A DNA stretch of 64,000 bases from Deltaproteobacteria bacterium (GTDB lineage Bacteria; Myxococcota_A; JAADFL01), in contig JAADFL010000205.1 of assembly GCA_013152945.1 (NCBI GenBank), forward strand, positions 23,301 to 87,300, given 5' to 3'. How positions within the stretch are numbered: the stretch's first letter is position 1; every line of letters starts with the position of its first letter. Shown here piece by piece: positions 34,107 to 44,357 of this stretch. Below the pieces are notes generated by a model. The model did not search any database and was not told the origin of the DNA. It worked only from the letters and a program-made list of their open reading frames with translations. A program made the translations under genes and the position numbers.

Positions 34107-35849
34107 TTGGCAATGAGTTTTGAAGACAACCTGAAACAGTTGCCCCAGGAGCATCATGGTCCTTTGGTGAAACTGGGAAAGGGTGAACTCGGGGGAAAGG
34201 CAAGGGGTTTGTCCTTCCTGGAATCCCTCCTCGACATGTATGACTTGAGGCACGAATTCTCCCCGCACCTGGTGTCTGTGCCCGAGACCACGGTTCTTGC
34301 GACTGCCGAGTACGAGCGATTCCTTGACAGGAATTCTCTCTGGAATTTCGCGGGTAGAGATGACAAGGAAATTCAAGGGGCCTTTCTCAAAGGCTCTTTC
34401 GCCCCTGAAACCGAGAGGGCGCTCGAAAGATATTTACGCACACACAAGAAGCCGCTGGCCGTGCGTTCCTCGTCATTGAACGAGGATGCATACAATCACC
34501 CTGCTGCCGGCCTGTACAAGACCTACATGCTTCCGAATTCATCCCCAGACCCTGAAAAAAGGAAGAAGCAGTTGCTGGATGCGGTAAAACTCGTATATGC
34601 AAGCACGCTCTGCGAAGCACCGACAATGTACATGAGGAATCACAGCCTTCCGGTAGATGAAGAAAGGATGGCCGTGGTGCTCCAGGAAGTGGTGGGCGCG
34701 GCCAAACAGGATGTCTATTACCCCTTGTGCGCCGGAACGGCCCAGTCGATCAATTATTTTCCTGTAGGCAGAATGAAACCCAAGGACGGTGTGGTTGCCC
34801 TGGTATTCGGCCTGGGAAAAAGGGTGGTTGATGGTATTGATGCATTGAGATTTTCCCCTCGTCACCCGACGATAATCCCGCAGTTTGCTACTTCCGCGGA
34901 TATGCTTAAGAATTCCCAAAAGGCATTCTATGCCGTAAATTTGTCTGCAAAGGATCGTGACCTCACCGGCAATGAGATGGATACACTCGTCGAATTGCCC
35001 GTATCCGGTGCTGAAGGACATGATACCCTGGAAATGGTTGCATCAACATTTGTGCAGGAAGAGGGCATGATGTATCCCGGTACTGCGCGACAGGGCCGCC
35101 GGATTGTCACTTTCGACGCTCTTTTAAAGGGAGGAAGGTTTCCAATGGCCAGAATCATTTCAAGGGTCCTGGCCCTTGCCGAGGATGGCTTCGGATCCCC
35201 TGTGGAGCTGGAGTTTGCAGGGACAATGGATGAGTCCGGCCCTCCCCGGGGAATAGTGCACCTGTTGCAGGCCCGCCCAATGGCAGGTGTACTCGACAGG
35301 GACAGGATTAAGATGCCCGAGATATCTCAAGAGCAGCTCGTGCTGCGCACGAACAAGGTCTTGGGACGTGGAAGCAAGGACGACATTAAAGACATTTTAT
35401 GGGTGGATCCCAAACATTTCGATCTTTCCAAGACGCACGAAACAGCGCGGGCCCTGGCCAGGATGAACAGGTCTTTTGAAGAGCAGTCCAAAAAATATAT
35501 CCTGATGGCTCCGGGCAGGCTTGGAAGCACCAATCCAAGGCTCGGATTGCCGGTGAAGTATCCCCAGGTCTCTGCCGCAGTATTGCTGGCCGAATTGAGT
35601 ACAGAAGAATTTTCAATTGAACCTTCGCAGGGTACCCACTTTTTCCATAATGTGCTTGCCGGCGGAGTACTCTATATTTTCCTGGACACTACAAGAGGGG
35701 ATTACCTGGACCTGGAATGGTTGAGGGGCCTGCCAAGAAAGGCAAAGGATTCAGACTTGGTCCACAGCGTGTCCGATGAGCCCCTGCATATCAGGGGTGA
35801 TGCTTCGATACCCAGGATCATGGTTTTCAGGCATGGGGCTCCCGAATAA
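34107..35849 (+). CDS. PEP/pyruvate-binding (PPDK_N / PEP-synthase N-terminal-like) domain protein with uncharacterised C-terminal half
   Basis: 'GGKARGLSFLESLL' and 'LAVRSSSLNEDAYNHPAAGLYKTYM' parallel the PpsA/PPDK N-domain (GGKAANLGEL; VAVRSSATAEDLP.ASFAGQ). No obvious phosphohistidine swivel domain seen. Confidence 0.6.
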   Translation: MAMSFEDNLKQLPQEHHGPLVKLGKGELGGKARGLSFLESLLDMYDLRHEFSPHLVSVPETTVLATAEYERFLDRNSLWNFAGRDDKEIQGAFLKGSFAPETERALERYLRTHKKPLAVRSSSLNEDAYNHPAAGLYKTYMLPNSSPDPEKRKKQLLDAVKLVYASTLCEAPTMYMRNHSLPVDEERMAVVLQEVVGAAKQDVYYPLCAGTAQSINYFPVGRMKPKDGVVALVFGLGKRVVDGIDALRFSPRHPTIIPQFATSADMLKNSQKAFYAVNLSAKDRDLTGNEMDTLVELPVSGAEGHDTLEMVASTFVQEEGMMYPGTARQGRRIVTFDALLKGGRFPMARIISRVLALAEDGFGSPVELEFAGTMDESGPPRGIVHLLQARPMAGVLDRDRIKMPEISQEQLVLRTNKVLGRGSKDDIKDILWVDPKHFDLSKTHETARALARMNRSFEEQSKKYILMAPGRLGSTNPRLGLPVKYPQVSAAVLLAELSTEEFSIEPSQGTHFFHNVLAGGVLYIFLDTTRGDYLDLEWLRGLPRKAKDSDLVHSVSDEPLHIRGDASIPRIMVFRHGAPE

Positions 35850-35974
35850 GATCATCGGCGACAGCTTGATTTTTCGGCAAGGTCTCAATATGCACTAATT
35901 TTGACTCTTGGGGTTACCTGTCACCCGGGCGGCGGCTCTTTATTGTTTCCGGGAAAGATCACTCGCTTATAAAA

Positions 35975-36742
35975 TCATACGGTTGCAGGATCTTTGAACG
36001 GCCGGGCAGAGCCGTCCAAGTAATCTACTATGGCGGACAGCTCGTTGCGCACACGAGGTGAACCTATACTCTTGAGAGTTTTTCTCAACTCCGGCACGAT
36101 ATCAGGACCGGCTTTCAGAAGAATTGCAGCAATGTTTTCGTCTGCATTGTTGTTTTTTCCCAATTCTTGGACCAGGTTTTCCAGGCAGGCTTCACGTGAG
36201 GAATTCAGTATATTGGATACTGCAACAATATCGGGCTTGGTGCCTGACTCTATCAAATACCTGACAGCGGGTGGGCCCACCAACTCCAGTATTCTCCTTC
36301 CGCTGGCCTGCATTCCGCGATCATAAGGATGTTGTAATAATGTTCTGGCATAAGGAACAGCTTGGCTTCCAAAAGCTGCAATGAGTTCTTCAAGCATTCG
36401 GCGGGAGCGTTCACCGCTGGGCCATCCCGCTCTGAAGTCTGCATGGCCAAGGGCCATGAACAATCTCTCGAGGACATCCGGTCCCATTGCAACCAGGTGA
36501 TCCGTCACCTTTTTTGCCCTTGCCTTGTCTGAACGAGCGAGGTCATGAAGCAGTTGGCTTATCCTGTCCCTGGGATGTTCGCTCACATCATCCGGGTCGC
36601 CTTCATGATGTTTTCGCGAGAGTAACCTGGTGACAAACGGGATACCCAGAAAAACAAGGATTACTATGACTGCAACCATTGAAAAGAGTTCGTTCGAATC
36701 AGACATGGAGTATCCTTTCTCCTGGATTGATAATGTTAGCAC
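35975..36742 (-). CDS. HEAT/PBS-lyase-like repeat protein with N-terminal transmembrane helix
   Basis: N-terminal hydrophobic helix, then repeated helical ~30-aa units with LL..L...D..VR..A..AL pattern. Confidence 0.5.
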   Translation of the reverse strand: MLTLSIQEKGYSMSDSNELFSMVAVIVILVFLGIPFVTRLLSRKHHEGDPDDVSEHPRDRISQLLHDLARSDKARAKKVTDHLVAMGPDVLERLFMALGHADFRAGWPSGERSRRMLEELIAAFGSQAVPYARTLLQHPYDRGMQASGRRILELVGPPAVRYLIESGTKPDIVAVSNILNSSREACLENLVQELGKNNNADENIAAILLKAGPDIVPELRKTLKSIGSPRVRNELSAIVDYLDGSARPFKDPATV

Positions 36743-37235
36743 CCACCGATGCCAAAGTCCAACATACCGGTTGGGCTTGTGACAGCCGAGTGAAAATGTC
36801 AGTGCCAGGGTACCTGGAGAAAAGCTCGAAAATACCGGGCTTGGGATAGATACCGTCTTGTAGTCGTTAAAGATACCAAGGACACTTATATGAAGGAACT
36901 CATCAAAGCCAAATACATTATAGAATTACCTGGTCAGGGGTCCCTGGTTGGCCCCTGGCAGGCGATGGACAAGTAACGGGCGGGAACGGAATTACAATCC
37001 TGCTCTATGGGCGGTTTGAGATAACATAATGAAATGGCGTTGGTTTTTGGCGACTAAAAGCCGCTGCGGGAGCAGCCTCCGTCCCCTGCCTGCCGATGAG
37101 GCGCCTGCGTTTGGTTGGGGAGGATCTGGCGGAGCCCCTGGTGGGTTGCGCCAATCGCAGCGCCATAATATGATATTACTTACAAAAAAAGTAGGATACC
37201 TTGCTTCTTGTACATGGGTATCCGGGAGTGATGCG

Positions 37236-37871
37236 ATGTCACGTATATCAAGGACAATTTCACAGGTGCTTTCAATTGCCGTGGTGTCTGCGCTTGCCCT
37301 GGTTATTGGCTGCAATGTCCAGGGCGACTCGTCCGGCAGCGACAACTGCGGCTGCCCGGAGCACGGCGAGCAGGAGCTCCGGCAGGAGCGAGCCTACGAG
37401 TTGCCGGGAGACGCCGAGAACTCCACAGAGCCCGATTCGGACAGCAATCTCGAGGCCGACCTGGTACAAGAGCCGGAGACCGAGGTGCATGCAGACGAGA
37501 GCGAGGCACAGGAATCGTCCCTGCCTTGCCCTCCACAAGAGGCTCACCTGGTACACGACGTGTCGGTCCACGAGTTGCACGCCGAGATCCAGGGAGGAAC
37601 CAGCCTCGCGGTGGTGGACGTGCGGGAACCCACGGAAACCGCATCCGGAATAATCGAGGGAGCACTCCTGTACCCGTGGATAAGCGGCGTGCTACGCCGG
37701 GAGCACGAGAGCCTTCCCGAGGGTGTACCGTTGTATGTAATCTGTGCATCCGGAGGACGTAGCTCGCCTGCTGCCTCCTTCCTGGCAGGCGCCGGCCACA
37801 CCTGCGTGCACAACGTGCTGGGAGGCATGAACGCCTGGAAAGCGGCTGGATATCCCACGACCGGGCCGTGA
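37236..37871 (+). CDS. Rhodanese-domain lipoprotein (sulfurtransferase-like)
   Basis: Signal peptide with an LVIGC lipobox. Acidic Glu/Asp-rich linker. Rhodanese fold with active-site 'CASGGRS'. Confidence 0.75.
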   Translation: MSRISRTISQVLSIAVVSALALVIGCNVQGDSSGSDNCGCPEHGEQELRQERAYELPGDAENSTEPDSDSNLEADLVQEPETEVHADESEAQESSLPCPPQEAHLVHDVSVHELHAEIQGGTSLAVVDVREPTETASGIIEGALLYPWISGVLRREHESLPEGVPLYVICASGGRSSPAASFLAGAGHTCVHNVLGGMNAWKAAGYPTTGP

Positions 37872-38291
37872 ACAAGCCTTGATTACAGTGATACTGCCGG
37901 GTCCCTGTTGCATAATATAAAAATTGACAAGCATTAGAGGAGATATAAGCCGCCAACTGTACATGCTGCCGCCCTCTGGCGATCACTTCGTCAGAGTTCA
38001 CTCCAGGTGTGCTATCTCTCTTTCCGATATGCAAGAGTGCACATCGTCTTTGCCTGGATCATGGTTGTACATCCTTGCTCTACGTTTCATCCGTGCCCAA
38101 GGGACAACGTATGTCTGTCAGGCATATGCATTCCCGGTGACTGCTGTTTTGGCATTTCAGACAGGAACTCGACGGCGGCCCTCCTTGCAAATAAATATAA
38201 AACATGGGATCAGCCGGGCCGGTTTAGTCGACGCTGTGGACAACTTGTCGAGGCTGTTATAAAAGATTGAGATTGCATGGAGGATACGGAC

Positions 38292-39233
38292 ATGGGAAAA
38301 AAAGAAAAAATATTTACCGGCAGTACAATTTCATTGCTGTGTACGTTGATCTTTACACTGTCGTACTCTGTCTCCTCTCTCGCATGGGAACCCGATCCTC
38401 GCAGGAACCTGGTTCCCGATGCCAGGCCATTGGCAATGGGTGAGGCTTTCAGGGCCATATCGGTCGGCAATTCAGCCCTGTATTACAATCCGGCCGGCCT
38501 GGCCTTTTTCCCTACCTATTCGATCGAAGCCAACTATACTTATCAATCATGGGTAAGCGGCCACGTGGCTCAAGTGTCCATAGCCGACACAAAATCAAAC
38601 CCGTACGTCGGCGCAGTAGTGGGTTATTCGTACGGCCATTTCGACGGTAATCCCCTGGGCAAAGGCGACAAGTTCTCTTATCATTCAACAAGGCTCGGCC
38701 TTTGTTTCCCCCTGGTGAAGGACACCCTGGCCCTGGGGCTCGGTTCTCACTACATGAATTCCAAGAAGGATGATCACCAGGCTGACAACTTCCTATCCCT
38801 GGACGTATCGCTCCTGGCCAAGATCGGGCACGTAGTATCTCTTGCAGTCGTAGGACACAACCTGACCAATCCTGCCTCACAAAGCGCGCCCATGAGCATT
38901 GGTTCAGGTGTTGCGTTCCAACCCTTCGGCTCGTTGCTCCTGGCCTTTGACGTGGTGGCCGACTTTCAAAGTGCAAAGGGAACGGCAATGGAATATCACA
39001 CAGGGGCGGAGTATCAGATTCTTTTCGGTCAAGGCAAAGGAGGCGGGCAGGTCATTGCCTTGAGGGGCGGGTATATATACGACGATGTGAGGGACAGACA
39101 GTTCGTGTCCGGCGGACTGGCCTATGTCAACCCGGGCGGCGCCCTGGAATTTTCCTTTAGACAGGGAGTGGCCGGAAGCGGCACATCGGACAAGGACAGC
39201 ATCTTCTCGTTTTCCCTCAAGCTTTTTTTGTAG
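38292..39233 (+). CDS. Outer-membrane beta-barrel protein (FadL/PorV-like N-terminal motif)
   Basis: GGAGGA RBS before ATG 38292. Signal peptide. 'ARPLAMGEAFRAISVGNSALYYNPAGLA' motif common to FadL-like beta-barrels. Alternating amphipathic beta strands. Confidence 0.5.
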   Translation: MGKKEKIFTGSTISLLCTLIFTLSYSVSSLAWEPDPRRNLVPDARPLAMGEAFRAISVGNSALYYNPAGLAFFPTYSIEANYTYQSWVSGHVAQVSIADTKSNPYVGAVVGYSYGHFDGNPLGKGDKFSYHSTRLGLCFPLVKDTLALGLGSHYMNSKKDDHQADNFLSLDVSLLAKIGHVVSLAVVGHNLTNPASQSAPMSIGSGVAFQPFGSLLLAFDVVADFQSAKGTAMEYHTGAEYQILFGQGKGGGQVIALRGGYIYDDVRDRQFVSGGLAYVNPGGALEFSFRQGVAGSGTSDKDSIFSFSLKLFL

Positions 39234-39302
39234 GGTGGGATTCAATAATGCAAATTTCGATGACAGATGGGAACAGATAGCAGGGCACGATGATTGACCA
39301 TG

Positions 39303-42300
39303 TTATTTTTTTTCATCCGCACCAATGTCCGGGTGACCGTCCTCCGCTCTTGAGTCCCCTTCGAAGTCTTTTTTTACATCCAATATTTCCGGATTACCGT
39401 CTATAGTTTCCGGTGCACCTGAATCAATACACGCTGATCTATTGTCCAGGTGCCAATCTCCATTGACAATGTTGCTCCAGTCCGGATTCACGAAATCAGG
39501 ATTGTCATCAATATTCCTGGCCGGTCGCACTGCGGACCCAAAGTGATTGTTTATCCAGGTAAGGTTTCTGTCCTGGTCACCCTGGCTCGTACTGTCATTG
39601 TACAGGCTGTCCAAACTCGTGCTGTCGAAGTCATTATTCCAGACTATGGACGGCTCCAACCTGGGAGCAAACTCGTAAATGCCGTAAGCTCCATGGGTCA
39701 GCACATTGGAAATAAGTTGTAGCCTTCCTATCGGCTCATCGCTGTTGCTGTCCGACCAGAGACAAATCGATGAAGAGAATGCACTCGCAGACCCGGCCAG
39801 GATGACATTGTGAAACACTACGGGATCCAGGCTTTCATTTGACTCGGGCAGGAAGAAGCCAAGTCCGCAGGTGTCTTCCGAATCGCCTCCATGTATAATA
39901 TTGTTTATTACGATTGCAGTGGAGCTGTCCAGGCCGAGGCCTGTGCAAGGCATTCCGCACGTATCACCGCCTGTGATTTGGTTGGAATCTATTATGACCG
40001 GGTTGTTGTCCTGTGCCACTGTCACTCCCTTTATAAGAATTCCATCACAATGAATGTTCTGCCTCCACCGGCCGCCGTTGTCACAACTTGGTCCGACTAT
40101 ATGGTTATGCCTTATAACAGGAGTCGCACCGTTTTCTACCAGTACGGCCTGACCATTTTCATCATCATAGAATCTCCTGTCCCTGACATTACCCCCAATG
40201 ATGGTGTTCCATTCCACCAGGGGCGAGGCAGCGCCGCCGGAAATAAAGAGCCCCCTCAAGTAGGAAGCCTGACCGGTAATTATCCCGTTTCCTGCAAAAG
40301 TCGGACTGGCACTGTCCATCCTAACTGTGTAAGCAGTGGTATTTCCGCCTCCTGCATCATTGCCGTGGAAAATACAACCCCTGACCTCTACGTCTCTCGT
40401 GACACCGGGAGCAAAGGTGAAGCCGTTGTTTTGGTCGGTATATACATTGGTTGGAAAGTTATTGGGATCCAAGAGCCATGAACCCGGATTGTAACCGCAA
40501 AACAGGCTGGCGTCTGCCGGAATCTGAAATGTTTCGTTGTATTCACCCCCGGCCGTCAGTACACCGGTTATGAACCCATTAACCCCTGTCAACTCGGATG
40601 CCCTGGCAAGCCCCCTTGTGATGGTAAGGCATGGTTGTGTCCTGGTGCATGGATTGGAATCGTCGCTGCCCGACGACTGGGATACATAGGCTGCTGATTG
40701 GCCGGCGCCGTTTTCCGAAATATCAATCTTTACCGTATCCTGGTCCGTGCCGCCGTCTCCGTCGTCGACGGTAAGGGTTATGTCCCAAGTGCCAACAGGC
40801 AACCTGATAGTGGGATTGGCGCCGTCCGCTACATGAACCCCGCTGATGGACCACGAGTATGAAAGCTGGTCGCCATCCTGGTCCGTGGATCCGGTGCCGT
40901 CCAGATGCACCGGGGTCAACGTGGCATTAGCGATGAGATTTTGATTGTTTCCAGCATCCGCAATAGGTGGATTGTTCATGGAATTGACGGAAACAGCGTC
41001 ATGTGCCACGCCGTTGCAGCCGTCTCTAACTTCCAGATCAAGTGTAAAGACTCCTTTTACATCAGGTGTGAACCTTGGAATCAACGTATCGCGACCATTG
41101 ATATCCGTGTTGGAAAGACTGCTTCCTTGCGGTCTTGCCGCAAAACTCCAGATGTAGGCCAATGGATTGCCGTCGGGATCGGAGGCAGAGCCGGAAAGAG
41201 CAATTTCGTGAAGGTTGAGCACCGAAGTATCCTGCCCTGCATTGGCTAAAGGATCCCTGTTTGAAAGGATGGTGATTTGCAGGTCTTTTTGTACCGTATC
41301 CGGTTGTTGGTCGGTGACCGAAGCAGTGAAGGCAAGTGCCCCTGCAGTAGCCTTGTACGGAATACCGTGCAATACACCGGATGAATCCAGCATGAGCCCG
41401 GCCGGTGCAAGGTTGTTTCCCGCCTCTGTCCAGGAGTACGGAGATACGCCCCCGGTTGCCTGTAAGCTGTAACTCCCGTAGTCCACGCATTCCCTGGCCT
41501 GTGGCAGGTCCGTGCTGTTCGTGACTATTTGCAGGGCTGGAGGTGTTACAACGATGTCCACGTTCTGCGAGTCTGTTCCGCCGTCGTTATCATTTACGGT
41601 CAGCCGCAATGTAAATGTCCCGGCCACATCAGGTATAAACCATGCCCGGCTCGCATTCGCTCCGTTGATATCGGAACCGTCCAGAATGCTGTCTGTCGGT
41701 TTTGCAGCAAACTCCCAAGCATAGCCGATTGTATCACCGTCAGGATCACTCGATCCCGTGCCATCCAGATCGACCCTGTTGCCTGTTTCAGCCGATGCCG
41801 GGGCAACTACCAAAGCTTTCGGAGCATTATTCAATGCCGTGGCAGTGACTTGTGCGCTGCTTGAACCACCGCAACCATCAGTGAGGGCTAGCTCCAAGAC
41901 GTAGTCACCCTTCTTGTCGGGGAAGAAGGAACAATGTGTCGAGTCGGAGCCGACAAGATTCGAGTCCGTGATGGTGCTGCCTGTTGGTTTCGAAACCAGG
42001 CTCCACGAGTAGGTGAGAGGATTGGCATCAGGGTCGCTGCTGCCGCTTCCATCCAGGACGAGCTGTGACAGGTTGGGCCCCGAAACATTGTTCCCGGCAT
42101 CTGCCGTTGGATCGCGGTTGGGCAGAACAATTAAATCCAGGCTGCGGTCGGCCGTTGCATTATCATGATCCGTGACCCTGGCCGTGAACGTATAGGTGTT
42201 TGCAGTGCCGGGATCAGGCCTGCCTTGAATTATGCCGTTGGAGAGCAACTGTAATTGCAACGGCAGGTCGCCGCTTACCTTTGAAAATGCGTAAGGAGAG

Positions 42301-44240
42301 GTTCCGCCTACAGCCTGTAACCCGTCAAAGGTATAATCAATACATTCCCTGGCCGGTTTCAGGTCGGAACTGGAGGTGGTAATGGCCAGGTCCTGGATTA
42401 CCTGCACAATGATTTGTTTCGAATCGGATGCATTGTCCGGGTCCTGGACAAGGAGTTCCAGTGTGTATGATCCTTCAACGTCCGGAGTAAACGATGCGTG
42501 GGCCTCGAACCTGCCCTGGATGTCCCTGTCACCAAGAAGGCTCGATAGGGGCAAATCCTTGAAGGACCAGGAATACGTCAGTGTATCATTGTCGGGATCA
42601 CTCGAACCCGAGCCGTCCAGATCCACCTTATCTCCGGGAGACGCGGTATCCGGGCCGCTTATATCGGCAACAGGCGGGTTGTTGAGAGATTCGACTTGGG
42701 CCGTATCGGATGCAGACGCCGCATCCCAATCGGTCGCAGTCAACAACAAGAGATAGGTTCCCTTTTTGTCGGGAGTAAACCTTGCAGTCGACTTGTTATT
42801 ATCCTGGATGTCCGAATCATCAAGTGAAGAGCCTTGCGGCAAGCTACTGAAACTCCAATGGTAGGTAATGGGATCTCCTTCCGGGTCAGTGGCCGAACCA
42901 TTGAGTTCTATTTCGTGGAAATTAAGTACGCTGTAAGGTCCGCCTGCATCCGCCTGTGGTGGATTGTTTTTTGCCGTGACATTCACTTGGTCAAAGGATG
43001 TGCCACCTTTTTGGTCATCTACCATCAGTCCTACAATGTAAACTCCTCCACGGTCCGGGATAAAAGAAGCAGTGGATGCGCCGGTACTATTGTTGGGGAT
43101 AATAGAAGATGTTGTAATATTGCTGGCCTGTGGTTTTGAAACTATCGTCCAGTTGTATACCAGCACATCACTGTCAGGATCGTACGAGGCCGTGCCGTCC
43201 AGTTTTGCCTCCTGGCCCTTATGGACCTCAATGTCCACTCCAGCATCTGCGGTTGGAGTCCTGTTGTTTCCGGCCGGCACAGCGGTTACTGTTACTTCGT
43301 CCTGATCGCCGTCCTTGCCGTCGTTCACTGTGAGCGAGAGGATGTAATCCCCTGGGTTATCAGGTTTGAATGAAGCAAGCGGAGATGTACGGGACTGAAT
43401 GTTCGTGTCCAGGAGCAGGGAGCCGGCTGGAACCTTTGAGAATGACCATACATACGTGAGGGTATCGCCATCCGGATCATACGAGGCGCTTCCATCCAGG
43501 TCGGCTGTCTTGTCAACGGTCACCGAGAAATCGACCCCGGCATCTGCAATGGGCGGATTGTTTGCGGCGGAAGAGACGGTAACCGTAACCGAGTCCGTAT
43601 CCGATCCGCCCCTGTTGTCGTTTACCTCGAGGGTGATTACATATTCGCCTTCAGCATCCGGGATGAAGCTTGGTTTTGCAGCGGATTCGCTGTTATTGGG
43701 CTGTATGTCGGTGTCCTTGAGATTACTGGTCGCAGGCTTTGAATCAAAGCTCCAACTATAGGTTAATGTATCGCCGTCCGCGTCGCTTGAACCCGAGCCG
43801 TCCAATAAAACCAGTGAACCGGGCTTGGCAGACTTGTCGGCCCCGGCATCTGCAATGGGTGGATTGTTTTCACCAGGCAACACGGTAACATTTACAAAGT
43901 CCGGGACAGACTTGCTGGAGCCATCTCCTACAACCAGCCGCAGCACATAAAGGCCTGGAGTCCCGGATTGGAACGATGCCACGGGTTTTGTATGATTTGA
44001 CAAAGAGAACTGCGCGCCTTTAGGAGTACTGTCCACGGCCCAGTTGTACGTCAAGCTATCACCGTCCGGATCGAAACTGGCCTCACCGTCAAGGTCCACC
44101 TGTATGTTGGTCCGTGTATGCTGGTCATAACCTGCAAACGAGATAGGTTGGCGATTACCTGGCAGAAATGATGTGCAACCTGTTTGAAAGACAAGCAGTA
44201 CCGCCGCGGCGTTTAAAAGCGGGTTTGTATGAATCTTCAT
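39303..44240 (-). CDS. Giant cell-surface protein: ~12 tandem PKD-like domains plus C-terminal right-handed beta-helix region
   Basis: GGAGGA RBS before ATG 44240; the ORF track extends to 44312. About 95-aa repeats with a conserved 'NNPPIADAG ... LDGSGSSDPDGDTLTYSWSF ... FxPD..G.Y...L.V.D' signature. The C-terminal part has NN..GG / parallel beta-helix-like repeats. Confidence 0.8.
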   Translation of the reverse strand: MKIHTNPLLNAAAVLLVFQTGCTSFLPGNRQPISFAGYDQHTRTNIQVDLDGEASFDPDGDSLTYNWAVDSTPKGAQFSLSNHTKPVASFQSGTPGLYVLRLVVGDGSSKSVPDFVNVTVLPGENNPPIADAGADKSAKPGSLVLLDGSGSSDADGDTLTYSWSFDSKPATSNLKDTDIQPNNSESAAKPSFIPDAEGEYVITLEVNDNRGGSDTDSVTVTVSSAANNPPIADAGVDFSVTVDKTADLDGSASYDPDGDTLTYVWSFSKVPAGSLLLDTNIQSRTSPLASFKPDNPGDYILSLTVNDGKDGDQDEVTVTAVPAGNNRTPTADAGVDIEVHKGQEAKLDGTASYDPDSDVLVYNWTIVSKPQASNITTSSIIPNNSTGASTASFIPDRGGVYIVGLMVDDQKGGTSFDQVNVTAKNNPPQADAGGPYSVLNFHEIELNGSATDPEGDPITYHWSFSSLPQGSSLDDSDIQDNNKSTARFTPDKKGTYLLLLTATDWDAASASDTAQVESLNNPPVADISGPDTASPGDKVDLDGSGSSDPDNDTLTYSWSFKDLPLSSLLGDRDIQGRFEAHASFTPDVEGSYTLELLVQDPDNASDSKQIIVQVIQDLAITTSSSDLKPARECIDYTFDGLQAVGGTSPYAFSKVSGDLPLQLQLLSNGIIQGRPDPGTANTYTFTARVTDHDNATADRSLDLIVLPNRDPTADAGNNVSGPNLSQLVLDGSGSSDPDANPLTYSWSLVSKPTGSTITDSNLVGSDSTHCSFFPDKKGDYVLELALTDGCGGSSSAQVTATALNNAPKALVVAPASAETGNRVDLDGTGSSDPDGDTIGYAWEFAAKPTDSILDGSDINGANASRAWFIPDVAGTFTLRLTVNDNDGGTDSQNVDIVVTPPALQIVTNSTDLPQARECVDYGSYSLQATGGVSPYSWTEAGNNLAPAGLMLDSSGVLHGIPYKATAGALAFTASVTDQQPDTVQKDLQITILSNRDPLANAGQDTSVLNLHEIALSGSASDPDGNPLAYIWSFAARPQGSSLSNTDINGRDTLIPRFTPDVKGVFTLDLEVRDGCNGVAHDAVSVNSMNNPPIADAGNNQNLIANATLTPVHLDGTGSTDQDGDQLSYSWSISGVHVADGANPTIRLPVGTWDITLTVDDGDGGTDQDTVKIDISENGAGQSAAYVSQSSGSDDSNPCTRTQPCLTITRGLARASELTGVNGFITGVLTAGGEYNETFQIPADASLFCGYNPGSWLLDPNNFPTNVYTDQNNGFTFAPGVTRDVEVRGCIFHGNDAGGGNTTAYTVRMDSASPTFAGNGIITGQASYLRGLFISGGAASPLVEWNTIIGGNVRDRRFYDDENGQAVLVENGATPVIRHNHIVGPSCDNGGRWRQNIHCDGILIKGVTVAQDNNPVIIDSNQITGGDTCGMPCTGLGLDSSTAIVINNIIHGGDSEDTCGLGFFLPESNESLDPVVFHNVILAGSASAFSSSICLWSDSNSDEPIGRLQLISNVLTHGAYGIYEFAPRLEPSIVWNNDFDSTSLDSLYNDSTSQGDQDRNLTWINNHFGSAVRPARNIDDNPDFVNPDWSNIVNGDWHLDNRSACIDSGAPETIDGNPEILDVKKDFEGDSRAEDGHPDIGADEKK

Positions 44241-44357
44241 GTCTTCCTCCAGAATCATGCTGCTCGAACATTGAAACAAGTCAATCATATCATAATTTTT
44301 GGAAGTTGACACAAGGCGCGTGCGCCCGTAGTTTGTCTGATGGATAGGAGTATTAAC

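Noticed and set aside
37201-38034. Alternate-frame ORFs 37201..37653 (+), 37272..37580 (-) and 37303..38034 (-) over the rhodanese gene
   Set aside because: The rhodanese frame has a lipobox signal and a CASGGRS active site. The others are Arg/Pro-rich GC noise.
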